Assembly (NCBI GenBank): GCA_022605425.2
Contig: CM061249.1
Coordinates: 186,001-250,000 of the forward strand
Length of the DNA: 64,000 bases
Source: Hamiltosporidium tvaerminnensis FI-OER-3-3
Taxonomy: Eukaryota > Fungi > Microsporidia
Reading direction: 5' to 3'
The notes beneath the pieces are model-generated. The model was not told the DNA's origin. It was given only the letters and a program-made list of their open reading frames with translations, and made no database searches. A program made the position numbers and the translations under genes. Positions 1 through 12,600 of the stretch are shown piece after piece. Position 1 is the stretch's first letter. Each line of letters opens with the position of its first letter.

Positions 1-124
1 TCGTAGATATAATTACGGCTCACATATTTAAAAGATAACAGGCTTCACAATTATATACAAAAGATAATATTGGTGTCATGCAATATATATTACATAATTT
101 TCCAAAAAGTAAAAATTTAAACTA

Positions 125-778
125 TTTCCATGACATTAAGGCAGTTATAGGTTTAACATAAATAATCTCCCTACATCCTAACTTTAATTCCAATGATACT
201 TACATCCTGAAAATCTTCATCAAAAAGAGGTTTAAACCCGATTAATGAGCAAGAAAGTTACCCCAAATTCGTTAGTTTTTGATTATAAGTGAATTATCGC
301 GTGTAAGTGCCCATCTTAGGCTTCTCAAATAACCAATTAGGATCCTGCTTACCCTATATTTTAGAACCAAATAAACTTTCAACCGATATAAATGACGGGG
401 AGATAAAACGGGGTCTATTTAGACGTTGAAATGTCATAATAATATGTATAACCTGCTACTTAGCTTTCCTGGCTTTTTAAAGCGTGAATTTTTTTTGCAG
501 CTCAGGCAAAAGTCTTTTAATTCGAGTGAGAAAGACTAGATTCGCCTTGCCTTGCATTAAAATTACATAAAAAGTTCAGAAGTGATATCAAATCATGTTT
601 GATAAAAACTACGAACGAATTTTTTATTAGAAATTCACTATTTTCTAGTCATTCTTCCTTTTATAGAAATTTTTAGGTGTAAACGAAAATTTAATGTGAT
701 TTTATTTCATAGAAATACAAAAAAACATTTTAAAATTATTTTCACATACTCTTTGCCAAGCGGACGTGTTTATGTGTG
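125..778 (-). mobile_element. ~725-nt non-coding retroposon family, degenerate copy 1
   Basis: Collinear with 22145-22870 (shared blocks catgacattaa.gcagtt.taggttt, tataacctgctactt.gct.tcctggcttt, ttgccaagc). Strand inferred from the family analysis. Confidence 0.75.
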
Positions 779-949
779 TTTAAAGTGTTCTGACTATACT
801 TTAAGAAACACTTAAATAAAAGTAAGTAAATTAATCAGAAAATAATTTCATATAAATGATGATTTCTAATCGCTTTTTTTGAGATTAAAAATTCATAAAT
901 TTTAAGTTTTCTATCTTTTTTTATCTTTCCTTCCATTTCTATTTAAAAC

Positions 950-1480
950 AATACTTACATCGATCTTTCTTAATATTTCAAGTCATTTCTTTAATTTCAA
1001 TTATTTTATCTACACCCAAGGGTTTATTAATTTATATTTGTGGGTTTAACATATTTTTTTACCTTTTGATGTGTATGTGGAACAGATATTTGTGTTGTTT
1101 ATGTCTCTCGACTACCTTTAAGACATCAATGATTGTATTTTCCACCTTTCATCGGTATTTTTAATTTATTCAAAAATTCTTTATCAATATAAATGGTTCT
1201 TCGTGTTTTTTTAAATATTTTAAAGAAATCCGTATTTATTTTATCTACTACTTTCAAGCTTAAAAACGTATTTTAATATTTGAACAGAACGAGTCTGAAT
1301 TATTAAATAAGGGATTATCTCAACACTACACCTTCAAATAAGGCATTAATGGCTTTCATTAAAGCATATTCTTGTTTTTTTATTAGCTAATTAAATATTA
1401 ATATAAAAAATTTCTTCTTTTTACTAAAAAATCATAATATTTGAAATTTAATTGAAATAATCGAATCTACATTCTGAATT
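950..1480 (-). mobile_element. Highly decayed 3' fragment of the R4-like retrotransposon
   Basis: gggattatctcaacactacac at ~1311 matches 10082 of the near-intact copy; flanks only weakly similar. Confidence 0.45.
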
Positions 1481-1763
1481 ATGATTCTCATTATAATAAA
1501 TCTGTTGATTTTCAAACTTCTTGAACTATGATTACGTTTCTAAATAAATTTTATTGGTTCTTAGATCAAATCGGGATTTATTTAGAAAAGTAATCGTATT
1601 TCAAGAATATTTTTTATGCAAAAAAATTTAGGGTTAAAATTTATGAAAATGAAATATTAAAAAAATAAATTATAAATCATTTTAAAGTGTAAAAAATGAA
1701 TATCAACGAAATCTGTTAAAAGAAAATCCCAAAAAGGTTTTAAAATTATAAAAATTAAATATT

Positions 1764-2474
1764 TTAATTCTTAACTTGCTGCAACTCAGGATATTTCGCA
1801 AAAAACTCTTCTCTTTGAGTTTTTGATCTCTTCTTTCTTTCTTCTGCTTCTTTTTTAATAGCATTTTTTGCATCCTCTTTTTCTTGTGTCCATTCACCTG
1901 TAATTCGTATTCTTGGTATTTTAACTTTTTCTTGTCCACTTTCTTTTGCTGCTTTGGTGATGCTTTCAACTAAGAATTTCTTGATATCTGCACCTTCGGG
2001 AATTTCAAATCGTTCTCTGAGTTTAGAAGCACGTTTAGGAAGATGAGAACATGACTCAACACGATCAGTTACACCTGCAATCTCAGTATCTCCTTTTTGA
2101 ACAATAATGACTGAAAGAACTGATATTTCACTGGAAACAATTTCTCCCCGCACACTTTTTCTACGACGACATCCATCACGTCTACATCTATATCCTTTAT
2201 CTCCTTTCTTTAACAACTGTCTCACTCTTGCTGAGGATGGAACACCACGTCTCATAGGAAATCCTTGGCGGTCATCACCACCAGTTATTTCAAAAACGTA
2301 TCCGTTATATTCTGGTCCAAGTATACTTCCTTCAAATGTATTTCCTATCTTTTGGTCGTATAAACGTTGTTCTACTTTTCTTTCCACAGATATAAGTTTC
2401 TGAGTACCGTTTGTTGGATAAGCAATGTTCAACTAAAATTATATTTTTATATTTTCATCTACACTTACCTTCAT
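1764..2474 (-). CDS. RPS6: 40S ribosomal protein S6 (eS6); exon 1 2474-2469 (ATGAAG), intron 2468-2433, exon 2 2432-1764
   Basis: Spliced start MKLNIAYP; motifs ITGGDDRQGFPM, RRRKSVRG, PKRASKLR are diagnostic of eS6; CCCC 2 nt upstream of the ATG. Confidence 0.97.
2433..2468 (-). other. 36-nt spliceosomal intron in RPS6
   Basis: GTAAGT...TAATTTTAG; removal restores MK|LNIAYP; unspliced read-through hits an in-frame TAA. Confidence 0.93.
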
Positions 2475-3169
2475 TTGGGGTTAAATTTTTTTTAAAAATA
2501 TTTATTTTTGAATTAAAAAAAAGAAAGAAAATATTTTATTAGTGAAAATATTAAATAGAGATATGTATGATTTGAAATTAAACTATGAACTTAAAATTAA
2601 TTGTGATAATTTTATTGTTTATTGAAAAATATATTTTTTGTTGGAAAATATTATTTTATTTGAGAAAAAATACAAATATGAAGAAAAACTAGAATTTGCA
2701 TAATTTTGAATTATTTTTCTACTTTTTTTCGTTTTAAAATACTACAAAGGATGACTTAAAAATTTTTTAGAATGTGATAGATATTAAATCCTTTTATCTC
2801 TCAATAACAATTATGAGACATATCCAAAGCACCCGTAAATATATAAGATACAATTGTTCTATAATATAGAAGAAGCCATAATAAAATAAAAAAGTATGAT
2901 AGTTTTTTTGAGATGCCATATTCTCATGCTAAGTAATGATTTAATGCTGATATTTAAACGTTTAAAATAGCAACAAGATAAAATTAAGCGAACAAAAACG
3001 AATGTCTACTTATTTCAAATAGAAACTATTAAATAAGAAAAATTAAGCTTCTAGCATTGAATATCAAGGTAATTTAATATACTTAAAATAGTCATAACAC
3101 ACCTTTATATGTTCAACCACCCGTGTCATTTTTGCTTGAATCGAACTCTATAAAGTCAGAAAAAAATAT

Positions 3170-3880
3170 CATTTTGAGTACTATCGACGAAATATCTGCT
3201 TTTATTCTTACTGATGTTTATATATTTTGATTGTAAACCTTATGATTTATATTTTTAAGTACTATCGACTGAATGTATGCCTTTATGCATATTAGTGTTT
3301 GATGTTATTTAAGATACATCTTTTTATTTATGTTTTTGAGTACTATCGACTTAATGTATACCTTTATGCATACTAATGTTTGATGTTTTTAGAGGCAAAT
3401 CTTATGATTTGTATTTTTGAGCACTATCAGCTGAATATACCATGCTAGGAGCAGAATTGGCTTGGAGTATTCCCCACTTATCGTAAGAGGCGACATAAAA
3501 GGAACTGAACCTCCGGGTTGGGCGTAGGGCTAACAACCCAACCTTTAAACCACCTTATTGCGAAACCCAAAAAGGCAAACGAACCCACTGGAAAGAGACC
3601 GGTGAACAGCATTACTGATTGGGGCCAAGGCTCATGCACGGCTATAGTGCCGAGGAAGAATGAATGATTCAGCTGAATATATGCCTCTTTCTTAATAGTG
3701 TTTGGATATTTTAATTATAAACCTTATGATTTATATTTTTGAGTACTTTCGACGAATATATGCCTCATTCTTAATAGTGTTTGGACATTTTAATTGTAAA
3801 GCTCATGATTTATATTTTTGACTACTATCGACTGAATGTATGTCTCAATTCATAATAGTGTTTGAATTTTTTTAAGATAC
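3170..3880. repeat. ~81-bp minisatellite, ~6 diverged units, interrupted by an insertion at 3440-3668
   Basis: ttttgagtactatcgac-like core recurs at ~3172, 3252, 3333, 3414, 3736, 3815. Confidence 0.9.
3440..3668 (+). mobile_element. Short non-autonomous bipartite RTE-like retroposon, copy 1
   Basis: 13-bp TSD tcagctgaatata (3427-3439 and 3669-3681); (GAAT)n tail; three more copies in the window; tcgtaagaggcgac and gggttgggcgtagggctaacaaccc resemble RTE-clade 5' UTR motifs (recalled, not searched). Confidence 0.85.
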
Positions 3881-5188
3881 ATTTTATAGTATTTAGTCAC
3901 AATGACTTATTAGGTAATCAAATACAAAATTGGTTTATATTACATCATTTAACAAAACTCAAATCATTTGAAAATAATTATTTTGAACGAATTAATGATT
4001 GGTTTTTTTTGAGGCCAATCTCTTACTTAAATATAATAAATGATATTGGTTAAATTTTCTGTTTAAGTAAATTTCTCTTACAATAAAAATAAACACCGGG
4101 TATTTACAACGTAATATTGGTTTTATATAAATTTCGGAATCGATTTCATATTTAAAACATAAACTTGATATAAATGTTCGATCTATTTGGAAAGAAATTT
4201 ATTGTTTTTGAAAAATTAGATTTGATAAAATTCACTGTCATTGTAGTTTTGTAAAACAATGCTATGTGGATTTACATGAGATAGAAAGTGATTGGACAAA
4301 ATAATTTAGAAAGTTAGAAATTATTTTTTGATTCTCTTTTTCTAAATATAACAAAGTATTTGTTACCTCTGGTTTAATATTCCTTAGCTTGAAGCTTTTC
4401 AAGGAATCAAAAATTAAAATCTTGGTACTTCTATATTTATATAACTTTGAATGAAGTTTTCATTTTTCTATTTTTAACCCGAAGCATTTGTTTATTAAGC
4501 TTATACTTTGCATTTGTCAATGAACTTAACTATGCTTTGAATTAACAGATTTTTTTGGGGCATAAAAATAAAAAAATAAGAATTATTGGTTTGTTTATTT
4601 GAAGGTAATCCAATAATATAAAGTATTTTTAGCAAATTTCCGTATCAATTTTGACATCTACATATGTATTTACATCTAAACCAATAAAATATATCACAAA
4701 TTAAAACATATTGTATCATGGCTAATTACTAAGTTTGAATTGGTTAATCGATATTAAAACGTTTTATAAATATATGAAACAAACGTTTTTTGTTTTTGTA
4801 TTGTAATTTTTACAAAAAAGTATTTTTTAAAACGAATTACCATTATTGATCACAAAAATAAATCTTTAGAAGAGAATTTAGAAGGTAACTTAATAGAGTC
4901 TAATATAAAATTAATATATTTCGATTCCTTTAAATATATTCAAATAAACTTTCGCAATATAAATATATTAAATAAAGTTTTTAGATTTATATAAAAGTAA
5001 TAATAAACTAAATATTTACAAAGTCGTTTTATACAAACATTTTAAATTTAAAATAAATAGTTCCAGATTCTTAAATATTTATATTTGTATCAAATATGTG
5101 AATTAAATTGTGTTTTTAAATAAAATAAAGAAATTAAAATAAATGGTTCATTCAAAGAATATAAAACACGGTGTTATACACAGAATCT

Positions 5189-5710
5189 ATGATTCAATTG
5201 GAACCAAAATATCTTTTTAAAGAAATATCTAAAATAACTGATTACATAATGAAACGGTATAAATTTGAATGCTATCAAAAACAGATAGTTTACGTTTCGA
5301 ACGATATAAAATATATTTTAGATCAATCCGATTTGACAATGTACAATGATATTATTTTTAAAATATGTTTTTACTCAACGAGAAATGTTATTTTGACTTT
5401 ACTTGGATTTAAAGCTTACAGAAAAATCGATGATTTTTCACTTTCTTCTATTTTGAGATACAAAAGTTTAATATCATTACTAAGTGTGGAAAAATTAACT
5501 CATATTCTTAAAAAATTATATTTATTGCAAAACAAAGAAGTAATGATGGACTATTTACTAGAAATAAACCCATTAAAACTTAGAAGAATCTTAGTTCTTG
5601 CCTCTCTACAGGAAAAAGGCTTTTTTGATGAATTGAGTCAAATATATAAAAAAAAAGAGTTTTTAGAATCGTATTTCGTTGATACTTTACGTAAAATTGC
5701 ATTGAAATAA
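5189..5710 (+). CDS. Hypothetical protein (~173 aa from the first in-frame ATG)
   Basis: >500-nt open frame in very AT-rich DNA; no motif recognised; start uncertain. Confidence 0.55.
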   Translation: MIQLEPKYLFKEISKITDYIMKRYKFECYQKQIVYVSNDIKYILDQSDLTMYNDIIFKICFYSTRNVILTLLGFKAYRKIDDFSLSSILRYKSLISLLSVEKLTHILKKLYLLQNKEVMMDYLLEINPLKLRRILVLASLQEKGFFDELSQIYKKKEFLESYFVDTLRKIALK

Positions 5711-6052
5711 AATAGATTTTTCATATTATAACGTTTAATTTTTTTTTTGAGTTTCAAGAGAAATTCTAATTTAAAAAAATCAACTAAAAATTTGAACCAA
5801 GATTTTTTTATTCCAACGTGTTTATTAGATATTTATAATTTTAAAAGCCGAAAAATCCTAAAATATGGATCAAAATACCAATTTAAATTAAAAAAAAAGT
5901 TCTTAAATAATCTTATTATTTACTATAAAGAGTAACAATATTATCATTTTAAAAAACCTAAAAATTAAACGATAAAAATAACGGAAAATTAAAAAGAATT
6001 ATAAAGAAGCAAATATAAGATGAATTACTTTTAAAGTTTAAATAAAAAATAT

Positions 6053-7639
6053 TTAGTTAGATAAATTTAAAAAAAGAGCTTTTTTTCTCTGTAAAAAACC
6101 AACCCATTCGGATATAAGTTGTTTTTTAGGAATATTTTCACTTTCTTCTTGAATCTCATCATTTAAATTTTTTATTTCACTAGTCAGTTTTTCAAAATTA
6201 CACTCAAGATATTCTTTGTCAGTAAATTGAATAAATGGTCTCCAATGAAAATCTTGCAGTCTATTAAATACCTTTTTCCAAATAAGTTTACCATCGATAT
6301 CAAATACTTGTACCAAACCACCTAATTGAGCACCGGAAGATATTGTACTACAATAAATACCACTATGTGACCATTTTATCTGAGTACAGGAGGTATGTGC
6401 CGCAGTAGAGATTACTTTACCGTCTTCATAGAATTCTACAGAATCGCTTGCGTAATCGTAAATAGCAAAAATATCTGCAGCGGAACTCTTTGAAAGAATT
6501 ACTTTGTTGCTTAGTGAAACAGAACTCAACAGAGTAAAAGTGCTTATCTTTTTTTGGTAAAATTTTAATTTTTTTTCGGTATCAAAAATAAAAAATGAAT
6601 TATCTCCAGCGATCAAATCTGAAATACTGCAATCCAATGGAACAATGAGAACAGTTCCGTCTTTTTTAAAAATTTCTAAACTTACCACTGTCTTGTTGTC
6701 TAGCTTTCTTACGATTTCTACAAATACTCCATTTTCGGACCAAAAAATATTTGAATTTTCAAAATTTACATAATTTTTTTTACTTATGATATTATCTTGA
6801 ACACAGAAAATTACATTTTTTATTTTTTCATTGGTTACAATTGCTGTCATGTCATTCTTAAATGAAACCTTTTCAATGATTTCACAGTTTATACCACAAA
6901 TATTATCAATTTGCATGATATTGCAATCTTTTATGGAAAAAGTTTCTTGAAAATTTAAAAATTTTAAATAACGCATATCTTCAGTCCAAATTACTTCAGA
7001 ACCTTCGTGTTCAAATCTATACAACTCTTTCATAACTGTTACATCATAAAAATACACAAATTCAGCATCTCTTATCACACAGAATCTACCTTGACATCCA
7101 AATCCTAGCAATTCTCCTTTCACAGGGATTTCACAGAATATTCCATACGACTCTCCACCCAACAATAAAATACTGTTGCCTTTATTTACCACCATAAATT
7201 TTCCATCCTCAGAAAACTTTACCTGCCATGCTTCACATTCAAAAATTATCTTAATATTGTCTCCCCTACAATTCTCATACAAAACAATCTTTTCATTGTT
7301 TCTTAACACAAACATTTCATTCTTTAAATCTCTTTGCCATTTGAATAACTCATTTTCACTTATCGCAATTAAATCTTCATATTTATTTTTACTAAAATCT
7401 TTGAATCTGTCATATTTTTCATATTCCATAATTTTTATACCTTTCGAACACAAGATTTTACAGATTCCAGCCATATCAATATTATCACACAGGTATGTCA
7501 TCAAAACACCGTTTTCAAAAATACTACATGTCTCTTTGAATATTACTTTACCTTTACTAACATCTTCTATCATTTGTAGTGCAGATGTAAGTGAATCTGC
7601 TGTTATGCCGTACAAAATTAAACATCTATTTTGGTTCAT
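6053..7639 (-). CDS. PRT1: Translation initiation factor eIF3 subunit b (Prt1-like), beta-propeller
   Basis: C-terminal WSHSGIYCST...VFDIDGKLIW...LQDFHWRP fits the eIF3b W-x-P-x-G-x-Y...F-x-WRP signature; ATG at 7639 with CCC upstream. Confidence 0.85.
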   Translation of the reverse strand: MNQNRCLILYGITADSLTSALQMIEDVSKGKVIFKETCSIFENGVLMTYLCDNIDMAGICKILCSKGIKIMEYEKYDRFKDFSKNKYEDLIAISENELFKWQRDLKNEMFVLRNNEKIVLYENCRGDNIKIIFECEAWQVKFSEDGKFMVVNKGNSILLLGGESYGIFCEIPVKGELLGFGCQGRFCVIRDAEFVYFYDVTVMKELYRFEHEGSEVIWTEDMRYLKFLNFQETFSIKDCNIMQIDNICGINCEIIEKVSFKNDMTAIVTNEKIKNVIFCVQDNIISKKNYVNFENSNIFWSENGVFVEIVRKLDNKTVVSLEIFKKDGTVLIVPLDCSISDLIAGDNSFFIFDTEKKLKFYQKKISTFTLLSSVSLSNKVILSKSSAADIFAIYDYASDSVEFYEDGKVISTAAHTSCTQIKWSHSGIYCSTISSGAQLGGLVQVFDIDGKLIWKKVFNRLQDFHWRPFIQFTDKEYLECNFEKLTSEIKNLNDEIQEESENIPKKQLISEWVGFLQRKKALFLNLSN

Positions 7640-8271
7640 CAAAGGGTTGAATATTTAGTAAAATTTAAATATTTTTAAAAGAGTTTTAAATTTCTGACAA
7701 AGTTTCGTTAAAAAACAGAAAATTTTACAAAAAAATGATAAGAATTTTTTTAAGAATTAGAGAGAAATTTTTTAGAAAAAATTTTTTATATTAAAAATAC
7801 TAATTTAGAAGATATTTATATTTATAATTATGAATCTGTGTTTTAATATATTATTTCAGCTTACAGCTTAGATGACATGTTAGTGTTCTTAAAAACAGTT
7901 ATAATTTCGTTTTTTAAGAATAATTAGAAAAGCCAGTAAGAATATTTTGTTTGTATTTGTAAATAAATTTAAGGTAGTATTTTTTGAAGAGGATATGTTT
8001 GAAAAATGATTTCAATTTTGGTAGAAAAAAGGAGGATGAAAATGAACCATAAAATAAAAGTGAATATTTATATTTATTAAACTGTTTGATTGTATTTTAG
8101 GATTTTTTTATTGAATCTCTAATATTATAAATAATTTGAATATTTTTAAAAGGCAATGGTAAATTAATATTGCTTAAAATGATGCAATATCATAGAATAA
8201 TATATATAAATTTTATACAAATATAATAAAATTATGCTATATTATAATAGAAACTAATTGTAATTTAAAGA

Positions 8272-9354
8272 CTAATAAGTAGGATTATCTTTGATATCAA
8301 AAAAACTAGGACTATTAAAAAGTATATACTCACTAAGATCTACCAATTCATTAATTTCTGTAATATCAAGAGAGTGTTTGGTTTTTAAAAACAGTTTGGG
8401 CATGATTACAACAGAGTATCCACGTAAGGTCATGTTTTTTTTGTGCATTTTATCTCCTTTGATACTTAAATTATGAACAACAGAAAAAAATTTAATCAAA
8501 ACTTCTAAAAATCTTCTATTTTGTCTCGGAAGTGAAAGTATAGTAAATTTCATAATTAACTTCTTTCGAATATCGACAGGAATACTTTCAAAATAAGAAT
8601 CTGTTGTAGTACTTTGCGTATACTCCAAAATACTCGTTTCTGAAGTTTGACCTATGTCTTCAAGCAAATCTTTATCTGTAGCATCACTCTCATCTGTTTT
8701 AAATATTCCCGTTTCAGCACAAAGAATTTCCTTGTCCAATTTTTCTTCACAAATTTCTTTTTCGTTTGAATATGAAATATTCCTATTTTCCATCGAATGA
8801 TCCTTCATTTTAGCAATCACCAATAAAAGTTTCAAATGTTTTTCAGGAAATACCGGTGTATTATATAAATTAAACAACTCCTTAAAAAGACTCGTCAGAC
8901 AAATAACATCAAATTTTTTTAAAACATTTCTCAAATACCTTATATTTTCTCCTGCTAATACACCTCCTATATAATCATCTCTTGCCATCTTTAAATCAGT
9001 ATAAACTGGTACCTTTCTAAAGAGACCTTCTTGGCGCAAATCCCTTTTTAAAATAGCATCCATTAAAATTTTAAACTCCATCGGTATTTTCACATCTCTC
9101 TGTCCATATTTGATATTACACCGTAAATAGCTACAATTTGTTCTTTTAAATTCAGTATTATAGATTAATTTCTCTAAAAAATCCAAATCATTACGTATTA
9201 TGGTTATAGATATCACACTATAATACCTATAAATCAATGTATAATGATTATCTATATAATCCAATATATACTTCCTATACAAATCTTTATTTAAATCGTT
9301 TATACTTTCTATTCGAGGCTGTAACAGTTTTTTCCGTATTTTTCTTCTTTCCAT
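8272..9354 (-). CDS. RhoGAP-domain protein
   Basis: EGLFRK (arginine finger), LTSLFKELF and NMTLRGYSVVIMPKL match the RhoGAP boxes. Confidence 0.88.
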   Translation of the reverse strand: MERRKIRKKLLQPRIESINDLNKDLYRKYILDYIDNHYTLIYRYYSVISITIIRNDLDFLEKLIYNTEFKRTNCSYLRCNIKYGQRDVKIPMEFKILMDAILKRDLRQEGLFRKVPVYTDLKMARDDYIGGVLAGENIRYLRNVLKKFDVICLTSLFKELFNLYNTPVFPEKHLKLLLVIAKMKDHSMENRNISYSNEKEICEEKLDKEILCAETGIFKTDESDATDKDLLEDIGQTSETSILEYTQSTTTDSYFESIPVDIRKKLIMKFTILSLPRQNRRFLEVLIKFFSVVHNLSIKGDKMHKKNMTLRGYSVVIMPKLFLKTKHSLDITEINELVDLSEYILFNSPSFFDIKDNPTY

Positions 9355-9623
9355 GCACTCATAATTCCTTTTGGTTTTATTTTATTTCTGAAACAACAGT
9401 TGAAACAAAATATAGATTAAGGTATTCCCAGATATTTAAAGATAGATCCTGTAAAAAGGAAATTTTTAATAATTTATTTATCTTTTAATCTATAAACTTA
9501 TAGATTTAATAATTTAGTATTTTTCCTGTTAATTCGTTAAAATTTTTTATATTTCTTATCTTTAAATTTACTTTTTTTTTTATTATCAAATTTGATTTGA
9601 AATATTCTAGAAAGTTGTTTTAT

Positions 9624-12600
9624 TTATTTAATAAAATTCTGGGTTAAAATATTTTTAACATTTTTTTTATATGTTTTCTTCTACCTCTTTAACCACTTTT
9701 GTCTCTTCTTCCAAATCCGACTCTTCATTTATGTTATTGGTCGGTTCCTCTAAAGTGGTTCCTCCTTGTGAAATAAGGGGTGTATTATTTTTTGGTTTTA
9801 AAATTTTAACACCATCTTCCTCTCTTTTCGCTTCTTTTAAAGGGGGTATTGGTTCTTCATGCATCTCTGATCTCATAATAACACCCATTGACGCTCTCTC
9901 CCAGTTCTCTTCGGCATTTATTCCTGACTCAAGTCCTCTTCGTCGATCAAAGGAAATTGTTTCGACTGTTTTCTTAAGTACTATAGACTGAATGTATGCC
10001 TCTACATTCATGGGTATTTCTAATCTTTTAAGATGAGATTTATAGTATTTTGTCACAATACCGTCCCAGGTCATCACATAGGGGATTATCTCAACACTAC
10101 ACTTATTAATAAGACCTAACTCATTGGCTAGCAGGTCATACTTCCTAAGTTTTTCAGTTTCAACTATTTGAAGTGAATCTTGGGAAGTAATTCCTACTTC
10201 AATGAGTGTTATCTTATTCTTCTTCTCATCTAAAATAAATATGTCCGGTCTGTTATTCCGAATTTTAACATCAGTTTTAATTCTAGTGTCCACTCTTATC
10301 TCTGCATACTCATTATCAAGAATTTCCTGAACTGAGTGACTCCTAATTCGTTTTGAGGACTTAAACTTATATCTATTCAAAAAAAGTAAGTGTAGGCATC
10401 TAACCACTTCATTATGCCGTCTGGTATAGTCATGGCCCAGCATTTTTTTACATCTAGTTGCTAGATGATCTACAGTCTTACCAGACTTCCCGCAATGTTG
10501 ACACATACCATCTTCTCCCCAGAATACATTTCTATCTTGGATATAGCAGAACACTGCTTCATTTCGTGGCCTAATATTTCCTCTCTTTAGCCATCTTGAA
10601 GAGTCACTAACACTCACAAGCTCATTTTTCCTTGCATTATATAACTTTGAATGGAGTTTTCGTTTTTCTATTTCGTTATATAGTTTTGCAAGTTGAGCTT
10701 CTTCTAAACTTTTCTTAGTGACTTCTTCTACCAACCTGTACTTTACTTTTAAGAAGCCTTTTATTAGTGCAAGATGGGTTTTATTATTATTCTCCACCTT
10801 GAGGATTGCTGCTCGTCTAGTGGATATTTCTTTACTTTTTTCCAGACAATCCAAGAGTTGCAGAAGCATATGTTCGCTTCGCAACTCAACACTATGTAGG
10901 CCTCTTCCAAGTTCTGTTCTAGGAAGATACAACCGCTCTTTACATCCTGGGCGGATATGTATCTTATTTTTCACCAACACCGCACGCACTGCATCATCTA
11001 ACTTAGAGAAGTCAGCCGGTTCAAGTCGAAGTACTCCTATGTGGTAGTTGATTAACGATATCGCATGTTGATTGATTGCAGAAAATAAATTTTTTGCATT
11101 TAATCTAGTGTGACAAAGTCTTTCAACTCTTGATATAAGTTTTCTCTGTACTTCTTCAAATGAGCTACGTGTTGGGATTCCTCTGCTATCTTCTATTATT
11201 CCTAAATATTTGTAAACACTAACACCTTCTAGAAAAGTAGCAGTATCTTCACAACACGTATCATTTGTGGCTGACTTCTCTTTGTTAATCTCTAAGCCAA
11301 TCACCTCTAAAAATTCTTTTGCCTCGCCTGTCATAGCACTCAATGTGGAGCTGTCTTTTGCAAGGCGCTTAAGATCATCAATAAACAAGAGATGATTAGT
11401 AGAATGGGATTCTGCATCTGTTTGTACCGTCACTTTTGTGTATTTTTCATTAAGCTTTCGGCTTAATGGATCCATACACAACACAAATAACAAAGGTGAC
11501 AGACTATCTCCTTGTAGAATCCCTCTATCAATCTTCTTGCTCATGATTTTTTCAGGCCCTACTAATGTATCAATTTTTTATTTAGATATAATTACCTCGA
11601 TAAATTTCTGATCCAATCAGGTAAATTAACGTTTTCAATGCATTGAGTTAAATAAGCATGATCTATTAAATCATAAGCTTTTTTAACATCAATCCATGTT
11701 GCCTTAAGATTGTTTCCGTACTCTTTATTAGAGGCAATATTCAGTAGGGCCTGCTCTTTCGCTCCCTGCACACCTCTTACCGCCCCTAATTGGTTCTCTG
11801 CAAGCAACTCTCGCCTTTCCACTTCAAGTTGAACGACTTTCGTTACACACTTTGTCGTTAACTTATAGAGGTTGGACATACAAGTGATTGGCCTGTAGTC
11901 AGAGCCTCTTCGTGGAATTCCTTTCGGTATCAAATACGTAAGCCCGCAGTAAAACCAATCAGCTTGAGGTGTTCCTTCTAAACATATAACTTTCACAATA
12001 TCATAAAGATATTTGTGAAGAGTTGTAAGTTTCTTAATGAAAAAATTGTAAATACCATCAATTCCAGCAGCTTTCCAATTGGGAAGCCAATTAATGATAT
12101 TTACAAATTCATCAAGTGAAGGAAACGTGGTCGGATGATTATCTGATACAAATGGAATCAAATAATCATCATACGTGACTGCGTCATCATTTTTGTTCCA
12201 GATTGTAGACCAAAAACTCACAATTTCATCACGACTAACCACATGCTCGGATTCCACACGCTCAGATAACCCACGATAAAATCGACCTTGGAAAAGCTCA
12301 AACATACGATTCTCTTTTCGGAATTGCTTCCTACTTTCATGCATCGTAATTTTTTTCTCGTAAACATTCAAAGACTCATTCTTCTTAACTAAAGCCTCAG
12401 AAAGATCAGTTACGCTGCTTAAGTTTAAATTAAACTCTCGCATGATTTTCTTAAGGCTCTTCGTTTCCGAAGTGGAGAGCCTTTCCTGCTTACGAGCCTT
12501 CTCGAGAAGATCTTTGGAAAGTACTAACTTAGAAATTTTACTTTCTATGTTTTCCTTCCAAGCGGATCTAGGCTTTTCTTTACGTGTAGCCTCGTCATAG

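Noticed and set aside
3170-3880. CRISPR-like array
   Set aside because: Eukaryotic context; whole units are homologous, with no unique spacers.
11544-11620. Two-ORF structure or programmed frameshift in R4 copy A
   Set aside because: Copy B is open across this site and broken elsewhere, so these are independent inactivating mutations or sequence errors.
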